Shown: positions 15,930 to 25,815, counted from the first letter of the stretch. The stretch: 40,758 nt of DNA from an uncultured Candidatus Saccharibacteria bacterium (GCA_964487615.1 CAZARM010000001.1:98226-138983), one strand, 5' to 3'. A program made the numbers and translations. Notes: generated from the sequence alone by a model not told the origin.

Positions 15930-18827
15930 TTAGATTACAAAGTTTATCAATTTAGTGGCTACATAAATCTCTTTTTTAACCACTGTGTCTTTCAAAAATG
16001 TAGCCACTTTTTCGTTCGCTTTAGCGGCCGCTACTATTTGCTCTTGGGTAGCGTCATGTGCAACTTCAACCTCACCACGTAGCTTGCCGTTGACCTGCAC
16101 AACGATAATCATGTTGTCGGACTTTAGCAACGCCTCGTCCCATGTTGGCCAATGATCGACATGGATGGTGTCCTTATGCCCCAGCTGACTCCAGAGCTCT
16201 TCACTTAAGTGGGGCGCAAATGGCGCCACCAGTTGTAATGTACTTTCAATCGCAAACCGCCAATCATCTGATTGCTGCATGCCATGGGCTTCTTTGACTT
16301 TATAGAACCCGTTGACGGCTTCCATCATCGCGGCAATTGCCGTGTTGAAGTGGCCGTCCTCCATGTCTTGGGTTACTTTCTTGATAGTTTTGTGGGTTAT
16401 TCGCTTCAAGTTGCCAGCGGCTTCTGATGGCGTGTCGCCTTTTGGCGCAGCCAAGAACGTCAGAGTTAGCACCCAAATTCGGTTTAGGAATCGGTAGCTG
16501 CCGGGGATTCCTTGCTCATCCCACAGCACATCTAACTCTACCGGCGCGGCAAACATTTCGTACAAACGGATGGCGTCGGCACCGTAGCCTTGCTCGATAA
16601 CTTCTAGTGGGTCTATACCATTACCCTTGCTCTTACTGAACGCCGAGCCATCATGAGCTTTGATCTTGCCGTTATACACCATCTTCTTGAATGGTTCAGG
16701 TGTATCGACCAGCCCTAGTTTGTGGAAGAAGCGGGTAAAGAAGCGCGCATACAGCAAGTGGGCGGTAGCGTGGTCAGCCCCGTTATAGAAATCTATTGGC
16801 ATCCATTTGCTGGCTAGGTCAGGATTCCAAGGCTGCTGATTGTTCTTTGGGTCAAGATAACGTAGGAAATACCAGCTGCTGCATACGTAGCCGTCCATGG
16901 TATCCGTCTCTCGCCTGGCTGGGCCGCCGCACTTGGGGCATGTGGTATTGACCCAATCATCCACGCCGGCCAACACCGACACGTTACCGCCAGTTGGCTG
17001 ATAATTCTCAATGACCGGTAGTTCTACTGGCAAATCTGCCTCTGGCACGGCAACCGCACCGTCTTTAGGACAGTGGATTATAGGGATCGGTGCGCCCCAA
17101 TAACGCTGACGACTGATCAACCAGTCCCGCATTTTGTAGTTCACTTTTTCCTCAGCAGCACCGTTGCCAGCTAGATCAGTCACGATTTTCTCACGCACCT
17201 CAGACGTTCTGAGACCATCGTACTTACCCGAGTTGTACATGATGCCTTCGCCGTTTCGTAATAAGTCTGCTCCTTCAATGTACGCTTTAAACGTACTCTG
17301 GGCACCTTCGCCGTGAACCAAGTTCATAACTTCTGCTGCTGTAAACCAATCAACCTCATTGATGCCCTGTTCCTCTTCAGATATTTCCACTTGTTTTAGA
17401 TCTTTCAGTTTAGTTACAAAAGTATGTACTGTGGCCCGGCGGTTCGTCTTTTTGAACTCATGATAAAACTCGGCAATATAGGGCTGGCCAAACGACTCGA
17501 GTCCCTCGGTGTTTTGGTAGCCGGTTTCCTCAACAAGCTCGCGCTTGGCAGCTTCTGCCGGCGTCTCATCATTATCAATGCCACCCATAGGCAAACTGTA
17601 AGTTTTGTTTTCCCAGCTAATACGCCTAGCCAACAGGTACTTGTCTTCTGTCGGATGCTTGACGATGGTTTGGGCCACAACCCTTTCGACCATCTTAGCT
17701 CCTTCTCTCGTCGGACTAATAGTATCAATAAACTCGGCTAGCACTACGGGCTTGATTGGCAGATCGAACTTCTTTGCGAACTCAAAGTCCCGTTCATCGT
17801 GAGCGGGTACGGCCATGATGGCGCCCGTGCCGTAACCTATCAGTACATAATCGGCGATCCAGATGGGGATTTTTTCCTCATTGACAGGATTGATGGCATA
17901 AGCACCGGTGAATACACCAGACTTATCTTTGTCAGCATCCTGCTGACGCTGGACTTCGGTTTTTTTGAGTGTCTGGGCTACATAATCTTCAACTGCTTTC
18001 TTTTGTTGATCAGTCGTAATCTTTGCGACTAAGGGGTGTTCTGGGGCTAGCACCATGAATGTAGAACCAAATAATGTGTCGGGGCGCGTGGTAAAAACCT
18101 CGATTTTGAACTCTGAACTCTGAACTCTGAACTCTATCTCTGCTCCTACACTGCGTCCAATCCAAGCTTTTTGACTAGCCTTGACAGATGGTGTCCAGTC
18201 CAAATCATCGGTGGCTTCCAAGATCTCGTCTGCATACTCGGTAATTTTGAAAAACCATTGTTTCAAGTTCTTCTTGATCACCGGGTTGCCGCAACGCCAG
18301 CATTTGCCAGCCTCTACCTGTTCGTCTGCCAGTACGGTTTTATCGTGGTCGCACCACCATTGCGCCGATTCTTTTTGATAAGCCAGCCCGTGTTCAAACA
18401 ATTTGCTAAAACACCACTGCGTCCATTTGTAATACTCTGGATCGGTAGTATTGATTTCTTTAGTCCAGTCCACGGCCCAGCCCATCGCCCGATATTGGTC
18501 GTGATACTTTTCGATGGCTTTGATGGTCGATTCTTGCGGTGGCACACCGGTTTTAATCGCGAAGTTTTCTGCCGGCAGACCAAAGCTGTCCCAGCCAACT
18601 GGCTGATAGGATTCAAAGCCTTGCTGACGCTTAACCCGGGTGATGACGTCTGGGATCGTAAAGTTACGCACATGCCCCACGTGAATCCCCGCACCGCTGG
18701 GATAGTTGAACATCCCAAAGCCCACAAACTTGGGCTTGGCAGAAGTAAAGTCAACGTTATAAACGCCTTGCTCTTCCCAAGCCTTCTGCCATTTTGCTTC
18801 AATTTCTTTTGGGTTATACCGTTTCAT
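15930..18827 (-). CDS. leuS: Leucine-tRNA ligase with inserted NUDIX domain
   Basis: YPSG.G.HVGH, GWDSFGLPAEN, VFTTRPDT, GTGAIMAVPAHD, DWLISRQRYWG, RETDTMD and AFSKS (KMSKS variant). Confidence 0.98.
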   Translation of the reverse strand: MKRYNPKEIEAKWQKAWEEQGVYNVDFTSAKPKFVGFGMFNYPSGAGIHVGHVRNFTIPDVITRVKRQQGFESYQPVGWDSFGLPAENFAIKTGVPPQESTIKAIEKYHDQYRAMGWAVDWTKEINTTDPEYYKWTQWCFSKLFEHGLAYQKESAQWWCDHDKTVLADEQVEAGKCWRCGNPVIKKNLKQWFFKITEYADEILEATDDLDWTPSVKASQKAWIGRSVGAEIEFRVQSSEFKIEVFTTRPDTLFGSTFMVLAPEHPLVAKITTDQQKKAVEDYVAQTLKKTEVQRQQDADKDKSGVFTGAYAINPVNEEKIPIWIADYVLIGYGTGAIMAVPAHDERDFEFAKKFDLPIKPVVLAEFIDTISPTREGAKMVERVVAQTIVKHPTEDKYLLARRISWENKTYSLPMGGIDNDETPAEAAKRELVEETGYQNTEGLESFGQPYIAEFYHEFKKTNRRATVHTFVTKLKDLKQVEISEEEQGINEVDWFTAAEVMNLVHGEGAQSTFKAYIEGADLLRNGEGIMYNSGKYDGLRTSEVREKIVTDLAGNGAAEEKVNYKMRDWLISRQRYWGAPIPIIHCPKDGAVAVPEADLPVELPVIENYQPTGGNVSVLAGVDDWVNTTCPKCGGPARRETDTMDGYVCSSWYFLRYLDPKNNQQPWNPDLASKWMPIDFYNGADHATAHLLYARFFTRFFHKLGLVDTPEPFKKMVYNGKIKAHDGSAFSKSKGNGIDPLEVIEQGYGADAIRLYEMFAAPVELDVLWDEQGIPGSYRFLNRIWVLTLTFLAAPKGDTPSEAAGNLKRITHKTIKKVTQDMEDGHFNTAIAAMMEAVNGFYKVKEAHGMQQSDDWRFAIESTLQLVAPFAPHLSEELWSQLGHKDTIHVDHWPTWDEALLKSDNMIIVVQVNGKLRGEVEVAHDATQEQIVAAAKANEKVATFLKDTVVKKEIYVATKLINFVI
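18107..18134. repeat. (TGAACTC)x4 perfect heptamer tandem repeat inside leuS
   Basis: Read directly from the sequence. Encodes the EFRVQSSEFK segment. Confidence 0.9.
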
Positions 18828-18871
18828 AATACAGCTCTCACCTTACCATAACAGAGGTGAAAACAAAAATT

Positions 18872-20431
18872 CTAAACTGCCGAGGAACGGAGTGTAAAAG
18901 CAGCTACCTTTTTAACGTACCTGTTGGCTTCTTGGATGTTATTCTGAAATTCTGTAGGCGACATAGGCCGCCTGCTTAACGCTCTTTGCCATCGTGCGTT
19001 AACCATATCCACTAACCTCCCTACAGCCTGGGCTGTCTCGGAATCTTCTGTTTCTATCTCGGCATAGTAGTCGCCTATCCAATGATTCTGAACATGAAGC
19101 AGTTCCTCGTAATCGGGTCCAAAAAGTTTGCTTACTGGTATAGTCCTCCCTTCATCTAACATTACCCGAGGATCAATAGTACGCACTTTCCCTTTTGGTA
19201 ATAACATCCTAAGCCTTCTTCCCTCCACCTGGGCGGATGACGAATTAAGCGTCTCGTCATCTGGCAACTTTCTGAGCAAAACGTTGCCTGGCGATCTGGG
19301 TCCCAGGTATGGCAAGCCAGCGTCAGGGTCATACTTGCCCATAATGTTTCTTTGATGCTCCGCGAGCGACTTTGCCGTATCAAGTATCCATCGCATTCCT
19401 GGATCGTCATTTGCCACCTCTTCAAAAAGCGTGTACATCAAGTGCGAAGAAGTATGTAGATAATCATGAGGAAAATGGTCTTGGAATAGGCGCGCGGTTG
19501 GATGGTCACACACAAAAAAGTATTTTTTGGCTAGGATCAGTAGGTCACTGACAAGGTCTTGCATAGGTTCAACCCAGTGCTCCGAGTTATTCCTGACATA
19601 ATTAACAGTCGATCTAAATGCAACCTTGCTGTTAACAAAAACCAACTGCTCCCCCTCACCATCATCTGGCACGGGTTTCCTGGCCATCATATCCAACGTC
19701 TGCTGAGAAAAGAATTCAACTGATCTGCGACTAAACTCATCTCGTGGAGAAGTTGCCAGTGCGTTGAGCATGCTTTCTTCTTGATTATACTGAAACCTGT
19801 CCCCATCCATCCTGCGAGCCGGATGGTTATTACTCAGGAAACTACGCCGAGCTTCCATACTCAATTCACCTAGAAAATCGTGACAAATCAATCTTGTACC
19901 CCGCAAATAGCGATGAGGTCCAACAAAAATACCTTCGTCAATAAACCGCTTTAAAAGGCCCGATCTTTCAAAGAAGGAGCCTCGGCTAATGTCATGGAAA
20001 GTCTCCCTTCCATGGCCTTGAACAAGGTCATCGTCCTCATGACCCCCCTCTGTGTGGGACGCATCGTTGTACTTTGCGTAAAGTATGTCTAAAGGGCCAC
20101 CGCCTAGCTCGCGACCAATAACAGCAAGTGAATAGCAGTGACTCAGTTGAGCATATTCACCCGCGTAAGGGCGAGTCTCGTATGGCCTTGGACGGCTAAG
20201 CTTCATGGCGTCCACAAGATATGGAAGTTCTTGAAAAGCTATAGCAATCGCGTCGTCAATAACCGGATCAGGGAACACGCTTCTATTGCCTACTGTCTCC
20301 ACTCCATGAAAGGGGTGATGCACCTCAACACGGTCACCTGACAGATACCTGAAATGAAACCGATATTCAAGTTCAGGCCGCTCCATGCCATAGTCTGGCA
20401 CGCCATAATACGTTGGGTCTTCTATCCTCAT
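18872..20431 (-). CDS. Divergent HD-domain phosphohydrolase-like protein
   Basis: LSHCYS...YNDASHTEGGH...FHD...MDGDRFQY mirrors the H...HD.gH..fsH...D.DR.dY layout of HD dNTPase-like proteins. C-terminal K.R.IDP.V motif. Confidence 0.55.
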   Translation of the reverse strand: MRIEDPTYYGVPDYGMERPELEYRFHFRYLSGDRVEVHHPFHGVETVGNRSVFPDPVIDDAIAIAFQELPYLVDAMKLSRPRPYETRPYAGEYAQLSHCYSLAVIGRELGGGPLDILYAKYNDASHTEGGHEDDDLVQGHGRETFHDISRGSFFERSGLLKRFIDEGIFVGPHRYLRGTRLICHDFLGELSMEARRSFLSNNHPARRMDGDRFQYNQEESMLNALATSPRDEFSRRSVEFFSQQTLDMMARKPVPDDGEGEQLVFVNSKVAFRSTVNYVRNNSEHWVEPMQDLVSDLLILAKKYFFVCDHPTARLFQDHFPHDYLHTSSHLMYTLFEEVANDDPGMRWILDTAKSLAEHQRNIMGKYDPDAGLPYLGPRSPGNVLLRKLPDDETLNSSSAQVEGRRLRMLLPKGKVRTIDPRVMLDEGRTIPVSKLFGPDYEELLHVQNHWIGDYYAEIETEDSETAQAVGRLVDMVNARWQRALSRRPMSPTEFQNNIQEANRYVKKVAAFTLRSSAV

Positions 20432-20492
20432 TTAACAGCAAGCCTAACTCCATTAGTGCCTTGAATGCAAGCATAAGCACCAGAGGTAGCGT

Positions 20493-21146
20493 CTAGTTGT
20501 CAGACTTTGTCGCCGCTCTAGCTGCGCGCTCTTTCAAAATGCGTCTGCGGCTACGTTCACTTGCGCCACCCCATATTCCTTTATCAATCCGGTTTTGGAG
20601 AGCAAACCCCAGACATAGCTCTGTAACAGAGCATTCTGCGCAGATCTTTTTTGCATTTTTAACGCCCTCGGTATCTTCCGGAAAGAATACGTCAGGGTCT
20701 ATAGACCTACACCTTGCCCGTGGTCTCCAGCTAAAAGAGGCGTCGTAGGAGAAGCCTTCAGATACTAGTTCATCCGTCTCGATTGAGTCCTCAAATGTGG
20801 CAACTCCGTCCTCAATTGCGTAACCTGCTTGTATTGCAGCCGACACACCAAACCAATATCTTTTTCCTCCCCTCTCTCCCTCATCATGTAGAAAAACGCC
20901 GAGTCGAGAATCTTGAACCCTTCTAACCAGGTGCAGGAAATCTCTGTAAAGCTCTGGTTTTAAACCAGTACCTGCCACAATAATCTCACGCCGGGCAAGC
21001 TCTGTTCCTGCCTTCGCATGCAAGAGCCGAATCATTCCTTCTTGTGATCCATTAAGTGGCTTTATGCCCTCACATTGTAGAAAATCATCAACCTCCGGGA
21101 GTGGAAGCACATGCTCAAATTCGAGACTATCATCAGCTATCGCCAC
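20493..21146 (-). CDS. WhiB-family Fe-S transcription regulator with ~135-aa N-terminal extension
   Basis: WRPRARC...DPDVFFP...AKKICAECSVTELC...GIWGGASERSRR: four Cys and the G[IV]WGG turn. Confidence 0.9.
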   Translation of the reverse strand: MAIADDSLEFEHVLPLPEVDDFLQCEGIKPLNGSQEGMIRLLHAKAGTELARREIIVAGTGLKPELYRDFLHLVRRVQDSRLGVFLHDEGERGGKRYWFGVSAAIQAGYAIEDGVATFEDSIETDELVSEGFSYDASFSWRPRARCRSIDPDVFFPEDTEGVKNAKKICAECSVTELCLGFALQNRIDKGIWGGASERSRRRILKERAARAATKSDN

Positions 21147-21307
21147 AATTACTCCTTGGTAGAAGTATTCTCTACCTCAGGCACGAATAAATCAACCACC
21201 CTCGCTAGAGTGCTTGACGCCACTCCGGGAAGTCTGCATTTGTGCCACGCTGAATGGAGTCGTAGGTTTCCATAAGTTTCTGGTCGAGCCTCAACTTTTG
21301 GATCGAT

Positions 21308-22474
21308 TTAGAACTGCTTTAAGTAGTTGGTTGAGAATACGGTGTCTTGCCGCTCGTTTTCGGCGTAACGTTCCTCTGCTAATCGAATAAGTTCTGTGAC
21401 TAAATCAACGCTTGATACGCCAGCAGCACGCCAGTTATGGGCATACAAATCGCCTGGTAAAGGATTTACCTCGTTGAAATACACGGTTCCAGCCTTATTA
21501 TCAATCAACATGTCCACACGAGCTGTACCTGAACAACCGAGCGCGCGGTAAACCGCCAGCCCCGTATCTTCAGCTTTCTTGTATAAGACCTCGTCCAATT
21601 TTGCAGGCAGCTCACTGTAGCCTTGGGCGCCCTTGGTGCCAGCTGACTCGCCACCCTTCTTACCACCTTGCATATACTTTGTTTCGAAGTCAAAGAAATC
21701 TTCCGGCTTTGTAAGGGGTCGTTCAAGCAAAGCTGGTCTGAGTTCATCATTACCCATCACCGGCAGCGTAACTTCAATCAAATTCTCAACACCCTCTTCT
21801 ACCAAAACTTTCTGATCATAGTGAAAGGCAACCTCAATGGCATTTTCAAGCTCAGTTCTGTTTGTCACCCGACTAATACCAATGCTCGATCCCAGGTGGG
21901 CGGGCTTCACGAATAGCGGATAGCGCAAGCTTTTCTCGGCTGCATCCACAAAGTCATTAGGATTATTAAGGTATTCATTTTTGGTGGCAAACTGCATCTT
22001 AGGCGTCGGAATCTGGTGCGCTTCGGCCATCAGCTTGGCCAGAACTTTGTCCATGGCCAGCACGCTAGCGTCCATATCACATCCCACAAAGGATACATGC
22101 GCCATACGCAATAGGCCCATCAGGCTGCCGTCCTCACCGTACGTACCATGAGTGGCCGGAAAGACAACGTCAACCTTGCGCTTGGTTTTTCGGCTAGTGA
22201 TTCTGCCTGGCTTTGCTAGTGTCATAGCCCCGTCAAATTGGACGCTGACAGGGTTTGATTTACTCAGGAAATTATCAATACCGCCCGAGCTGAACAAGCG
22301 GATATCTTTTAGTTTTTCGTCCCAGTACCAGGCTCCGTCTTTGGCTATGTAGATGGCTTCAACATTAAACTGTTTGGTCAATTCCAAGGGCTTAATGACA
22401 CTGGACAGCGCGGTGACTATGGAAACATCATGCTCGGTTGAGCGTCCGCCAAAGATAACCGCAACTGTTTTCAT
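21308..22474 (-). CDS. ddl: D-alanine-D-alanine ligase
   Basis: FGGRSTEHDVS, HGTYGEDG, LGSSIG, DFETKY and EVNPLPG motifs. Confidence 0.96.
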   Translation of the reverse strand: MKTVAVIFGGRSTEHDVSIVTALSSVIKPLELTKQFNVEAIYIAKDGAWYWDEKLKDIRLFSSGGIDNFLSKSNPVSVQFDGAMTLAKPGRITSRKTKRKVDVVFPATHGTYGEDGSLMGLLRMAHVSFVGCDMDASVLAMDKVLAKLMAEAHQIPTPKMQFATKNEYLNNPNDFVDAAEKSLRYPLFVKPAHLGSSIGISRVTNRTELENAIEVAFHYDQKVLVEEGVENLIEVTLPVMGNDELRPALLERPLTKPEDFFDFETKYMQGGKKGGESAGTKGAQGYSELPAKLDEVLYKKAEDTGLAVYRALGCSGTARVDMLIDNKAGTVYFNEVNPLPGDLYAHNWRAAGVSSVDLVTELIRLAEERYAENERQDTVFSTNYLKQF

Positions 22475-22504
22475 GCAAGTAGTATAGTCAATGAGGCTAT
22501 CAGG

Positions 22505-23914
22505 TTACAAATAATTGTCAGTCCAGTCGTTTTGCATGATCACCAAATCGCCCGCTGCCAGGGTATGTTCAAGTCCGGTGTAGTACTTCAGCGGATCATC
22601 CTCAATAACCACTTCACCAGCATAACTCCCTGCTTTAAGGCCGGTTTGGATAAACCCGGTGACCGAATTTTTCATGAGAATTAAGCGGTCCGGCTTGGCT
22701 TCGGCGATCAGTCTGCCAATTTCCTCATGAACCTTCTGTGTTTCGCTACCTTGGTCTACCAGGCCCGGCGTTACATAAATACGCCGGGTAGCCGTTAGAT
22801 CATTTATTAGTCTCAGCCCGGCACGAATTCCTTCCAAATTGCCATTGTATGTATCATCGATGATCCATGCTCCTTGGAGCTGGCGGGGTTCCATGCGATG
22901 TTCAAATGGTTGGGTCTTCACAGTTCCTGCTTGGATTTGGCCAGGGGTCAAGCCTAAGTCGTGAGCCATCGCTGCCACTGCCGCCAAAGGTCCAACTTGG
23001 TGACGTCCAAGCAGACCACTCTGGATATTAAGCGCAACGTCACCTCGTTTCATTACAAACTTGGTACCTTCATAATCGACACGTACGTCATCAATCAGCC
23101 AGTCACCGACATTACTCTCTCCGTAGGTGGGAATAATAGGCGCGGCTTCGTGCAGCTGGGAAGCAGCGGCATTCAAAAGTAGCTTGTCGTCTATTACAGT
23201 CTGCCTGATGGACAGCAGGTCGTCACCTAGGGCTTTTAGTGAAGGATAATGGTCCAGGTGGTTAGGCGCAATCCCCGTGATAACTCCGCGACTGGGATTT
23301 GTTAGATCGGCAAACCGTTTGATATCACCTGGCTTGCCTTCTCCGTATTCAAATATTAATACTTCTTCAGTGACGCCTACCTTTGACGTTACCCACCGCG
23401 CATGGCTAATCGGAACATTCATATTCCCAGGCGTAGCTTTAACTCGTTTACCTTCTTCTAAGACGGTCAGAAGCAACTCTTTCATAGTTGTTTTCCCGTA
23501 ACTGCCTAAGACCGCGATCTTAACAGCCGGATGGTTTCTAAGCTGTGCCCTGGCTCGTCCAAGCAAGGGTCGCCTAATCAAATAGAGTAGCTGATTGCCG
23601 ACCGCCACGCTAAGTCCTAGAACCAGTGCAATAAGCAATGGCAGGCCCAAGAGCATCAAGGCCGCAAATATCCAAAATTGCAAGATAAGCAGCCAAGCGA
23701 CAACCAGTATATCCACTAGCCCTATCCCATAAGCTAGTACTATCAACAGTTTTGCCTTCTTGGTATATACTAGTCGCCTTCTGCGTGTGACTCTGTACAG
23801 ATTAGGAAATCGCGTTAGCCATGACAAAAATTTTCTACTGTCGTATTCCACTTGTTGCAGCATGTAGACAAAGCGTTGGGGCATTATGGGGCTAAAGTAC
23901 GTTAGAAGCTTCAT
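22505..23914 (-). CDS. murF: UDP-MurNAc-tripeptide:D-Ala-D-Ala ligase with N-terminal TM segments
   Basis: GSYGKTT P-loop, TPGNMN, HRME and IIDDTYNGN. Adjacent to ddl. Confidence 0.88.
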   Translation of the reverse strand: MKLLTYFSPIMPQRFVYMLQQVEYDSRKFLSWLTRFPNLYRVTRRRRLVYTKKAKLLIVLAYGIGLVDILVVAWLLILQFWIFAALMLLGLPLLIALVLGLSVAVGNQLLYLIRRPLLGRARAQLRNHPAVKIAVLGSYGKTTMKELLLTVLEEGKRVKATPGNMNVPISHARWVTSKVGVTEEVLIFEYGEGKPGDIKRFADLTNPSRGVITGIAPNHLDHYPSLKALGDDLLSIRQTVIDDKLLLNAAASQLHEAAPIIPTYGESNVGDWLIDDVRVDYEGTKFVMKRGDVALNIQSGLLGRHQVGPLAAVAAMAHDLGLTPGQIQAGTVKTQPFEHRMEPRQLQGAWIIDDTYNGNLEGIRAGLRLINDLTATRRIYVTPGLVDQGSETQKVHEEIGRLIAEAKPDRLILMKNSVTGFIQTGLKAGSYAGEVVIEDDPLKYYTGLEHTLAAGDLVIMQNDWTDNYL

Positions 23915-24666
23915 GCGGCTAGAAATTCCTGAACAAGTTTAAGTACTTCTTGTGGCACAGAATGGTGAACAAAATGATCAGCCCCGCCAACTTCTACGAA
24001 TCGTGCGTTAGGGATAAGCTGGGCAAGCTTCTTGCCATCAGCTGGCGGAACGGCTGCGTCTTTCTCTGCATAAATAAGTAGGACTGGTTGTTTGAGCTTC
24101 TTGGCGTCTTCTTGAATATCCTGGCGCACAGTAGTTTTGAAGGTTTCCTGCAAATGTGGGGCGACCAACATATCTGAACCCGCTACACCGTATAATCGTT
24201 TGCGTAGTTTTTGCTTGGCACTCATAGGCAACCAGAAGGTTGCTACTTTGCCTACCTTAGCAATTACTTTAAATACTAGCCTTTTGACTGACTGGCCGTT
24301 GCGAACCCCTGAGGCTGCCAACAGGATAAGTTTGTCAGCCTCCAGCGTGCCACTAGCCAAGCCCCTTATGGCCAGAGCTCCGCCGTTGGAGTGTCCAATA
24401 ATAGCGTAAGGCTTGTCTGCCCCAACTTTACTCAGGAATTTTTTTGTAAAATCAGCATAGTTATCTAGGTTCCATGCAACAGATGGCATCTGTGTTTGGC
24501 CAAAACCAGGTAGATCGACTGCGATCACTTTATAGGAAGTGACCAGTTTGTCTTGTAGCGCTGTAAAAGTCCGTAAATCATCGCCCCAGCCATGCAAAAG
24601 CAATAACACAGGGCCGCTTCCTAGCGTTGAGTAGTTCGTCAGTAGGTTGTCGACGACAAGTTGCAT
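23911..24666 (-). CDS. Alpha/beta fold hydrolase
   Basis: LHGWG, DLPGFG, GHSNGG nucleophile elbow, and catalytic D and H. Overlaps the murF start (ATGA). Confidence 0.92.
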   Translation of the reverse strand: MQLVVDNLLTNYSTLGSGPVLLLLHGWGDDLRTFTALQDKLVTSYKVIAVDLPGFGQTQMPSVAWNLDNYADFTKKFLSKVGADKPYAIIGHSNGGALAIRGLASGTLEADKLILLAASGVRNGQSVKRLVFKVIAKVGKVATFWLPMSAKQKLRKRLYGVAGSDMLVAPHLQETFKTTVRQDIQEDAKKLKQPVLLIYAEKDAAVPPADGKKLAQLIPNARFVEVGGADHFVHHSVPQEVLKLVQEFLAA

Positions 24667-24715
24667 TGCAACAGATTATAGGGAATGGTTACGCTAATTA
24701 CTATGCTTAGCTTAT

Positions 24716-25648
24716 CTACTGTATCTGCTGGAGGCGGGACTGGAGTTCGTCGATTGTGATGGTGTCCGTTGGCAAGTTGACGTTCTTGATGGCATTATAA
24801 CCAGATAAATCTTCGGTTCGGGACCCATCGGCATAGACTATCCGAGTCAGCTGCCGTGATAAGACGTCGACGCTCAGCGTAAAGTTCAGCTTGTCAGAGC
24901 CAGTGTAATTAGCTGGGTCTAGGGATTCTAGGTGGTTCAGACCGCTAGCCTTGGCAAAATCTTTGAGCACCTGCACGTATTTGCTAGCATCAACGTTAAC
25001 GGTGTAGACATAGACTTGACGCAGACCATGGCGCTGCCGTGCGACTTTGGAGTAATCAACTTCGTAGACATTATTATCGGCTATGGATTTAAGCAGTTGC
25101 GATCGGGATTTTGCGGACAAATTGCCAAACGGAACTATCCCCAAGGTTGATTCGTTGTACAGTTCGCCATTTGTGACGGTTTTGTCGGAATCGTTTTCGT
25201 TATCGCCCCAGACGCCAAGGACTTTAGAGAAATCTAGCGACTGGCCGGATGTAGACTTTTGGTCGGTCTGGATAGAGGTGTAGCGAGTATAGTCCCGAGT
25301 TGGGGTGCCGATGGTTTCTGTTTGTACCACGGTCGAGGCATCACTGCCTTGGGTCAGTGTCGTCAGTGATTGGGCGGTTTGGGACGCCCCGATTGATAGT
25401 TGTGATATCTCATTCAAGTCCTGCCCATTGCCAGTCTGGACGACGTGGCGGCTAACACCGTTAGTGCGCAGGCTGTTCTCTAACATGCCAGTAAAGACTC
25501 GCTGCGGGTTGGTATACACCCGGTTCCACCAGATTACTCCTGACCCAATAAATAAAACGGCGGCCAAAATAGTTATCTCTAACGGCGAGATCCGACTAAA
25601 AAAGTTTTGCACCGAACCGCGTGAATCGTTTCCCAATACTCGTGCCAT
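24716..25648 (-). CDS. Hypothetical membrane-anchored extracytoplasmic protein (beta-rich, possibly LppX/LolA-like)
   Basis: One N-terminal TM segment and alternating beta-strand patterns. The fold assignment is a guess. Confidence 0.6.
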   Translation of the reverse strand: MARVLGNDSRGSVQNFFSRISPLEITILAAVLFIGSGVIWWNRVYTNPQRVFTGMLENSLRTNGVSRHVVQTGNGQDLNEISQLSIGASQTAQSLTTLTQGSDASTVVQTETIGTPTRDYTRYTSIQTDQKSTSGQSLDFSKVLGVWGDNENDSDKTVTNGELYNESTLGIVPFGNLSAKSRSQLLKSIADNNVYEVDYSKVARQRHGLRQVYVYTVNVDASKYVQVLKDFAKASGLNHLESLDPANYTGSDKLNFTLSVDVLSRQLTRIVYADGSRTEDLSGYNAIKNVNLPTDTITIDELQSRLQQIQ

Positions 25649-25706
25649 CCGTCCATTGTATCAGTTGTAACAGATTCGTGTATAATTTACGCGGTATAAG
25701 AGCCTA

Positions 25707-25783
25707 GGGGCATTGGCGCAGTTGGCTAGCGCGCTTCCATGGCATGGAAGAGGTCATCGGTTCGAATCCGATATGCTCCACCA
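25707..25783 (+). tRNA. tRNA-Ala(GGC)
   Basis: Cloverleaf GGGGCAT/ATGCTCC with G3:U70, anticodon stem CTTCC/GGAAG, TTCGAAT loop and encoded CCA. Confidence 0.97.
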
Positions 25784-25815
25784 AAATTTATGAAGTTGTC
25801 TAGGGGGAGTTATCT

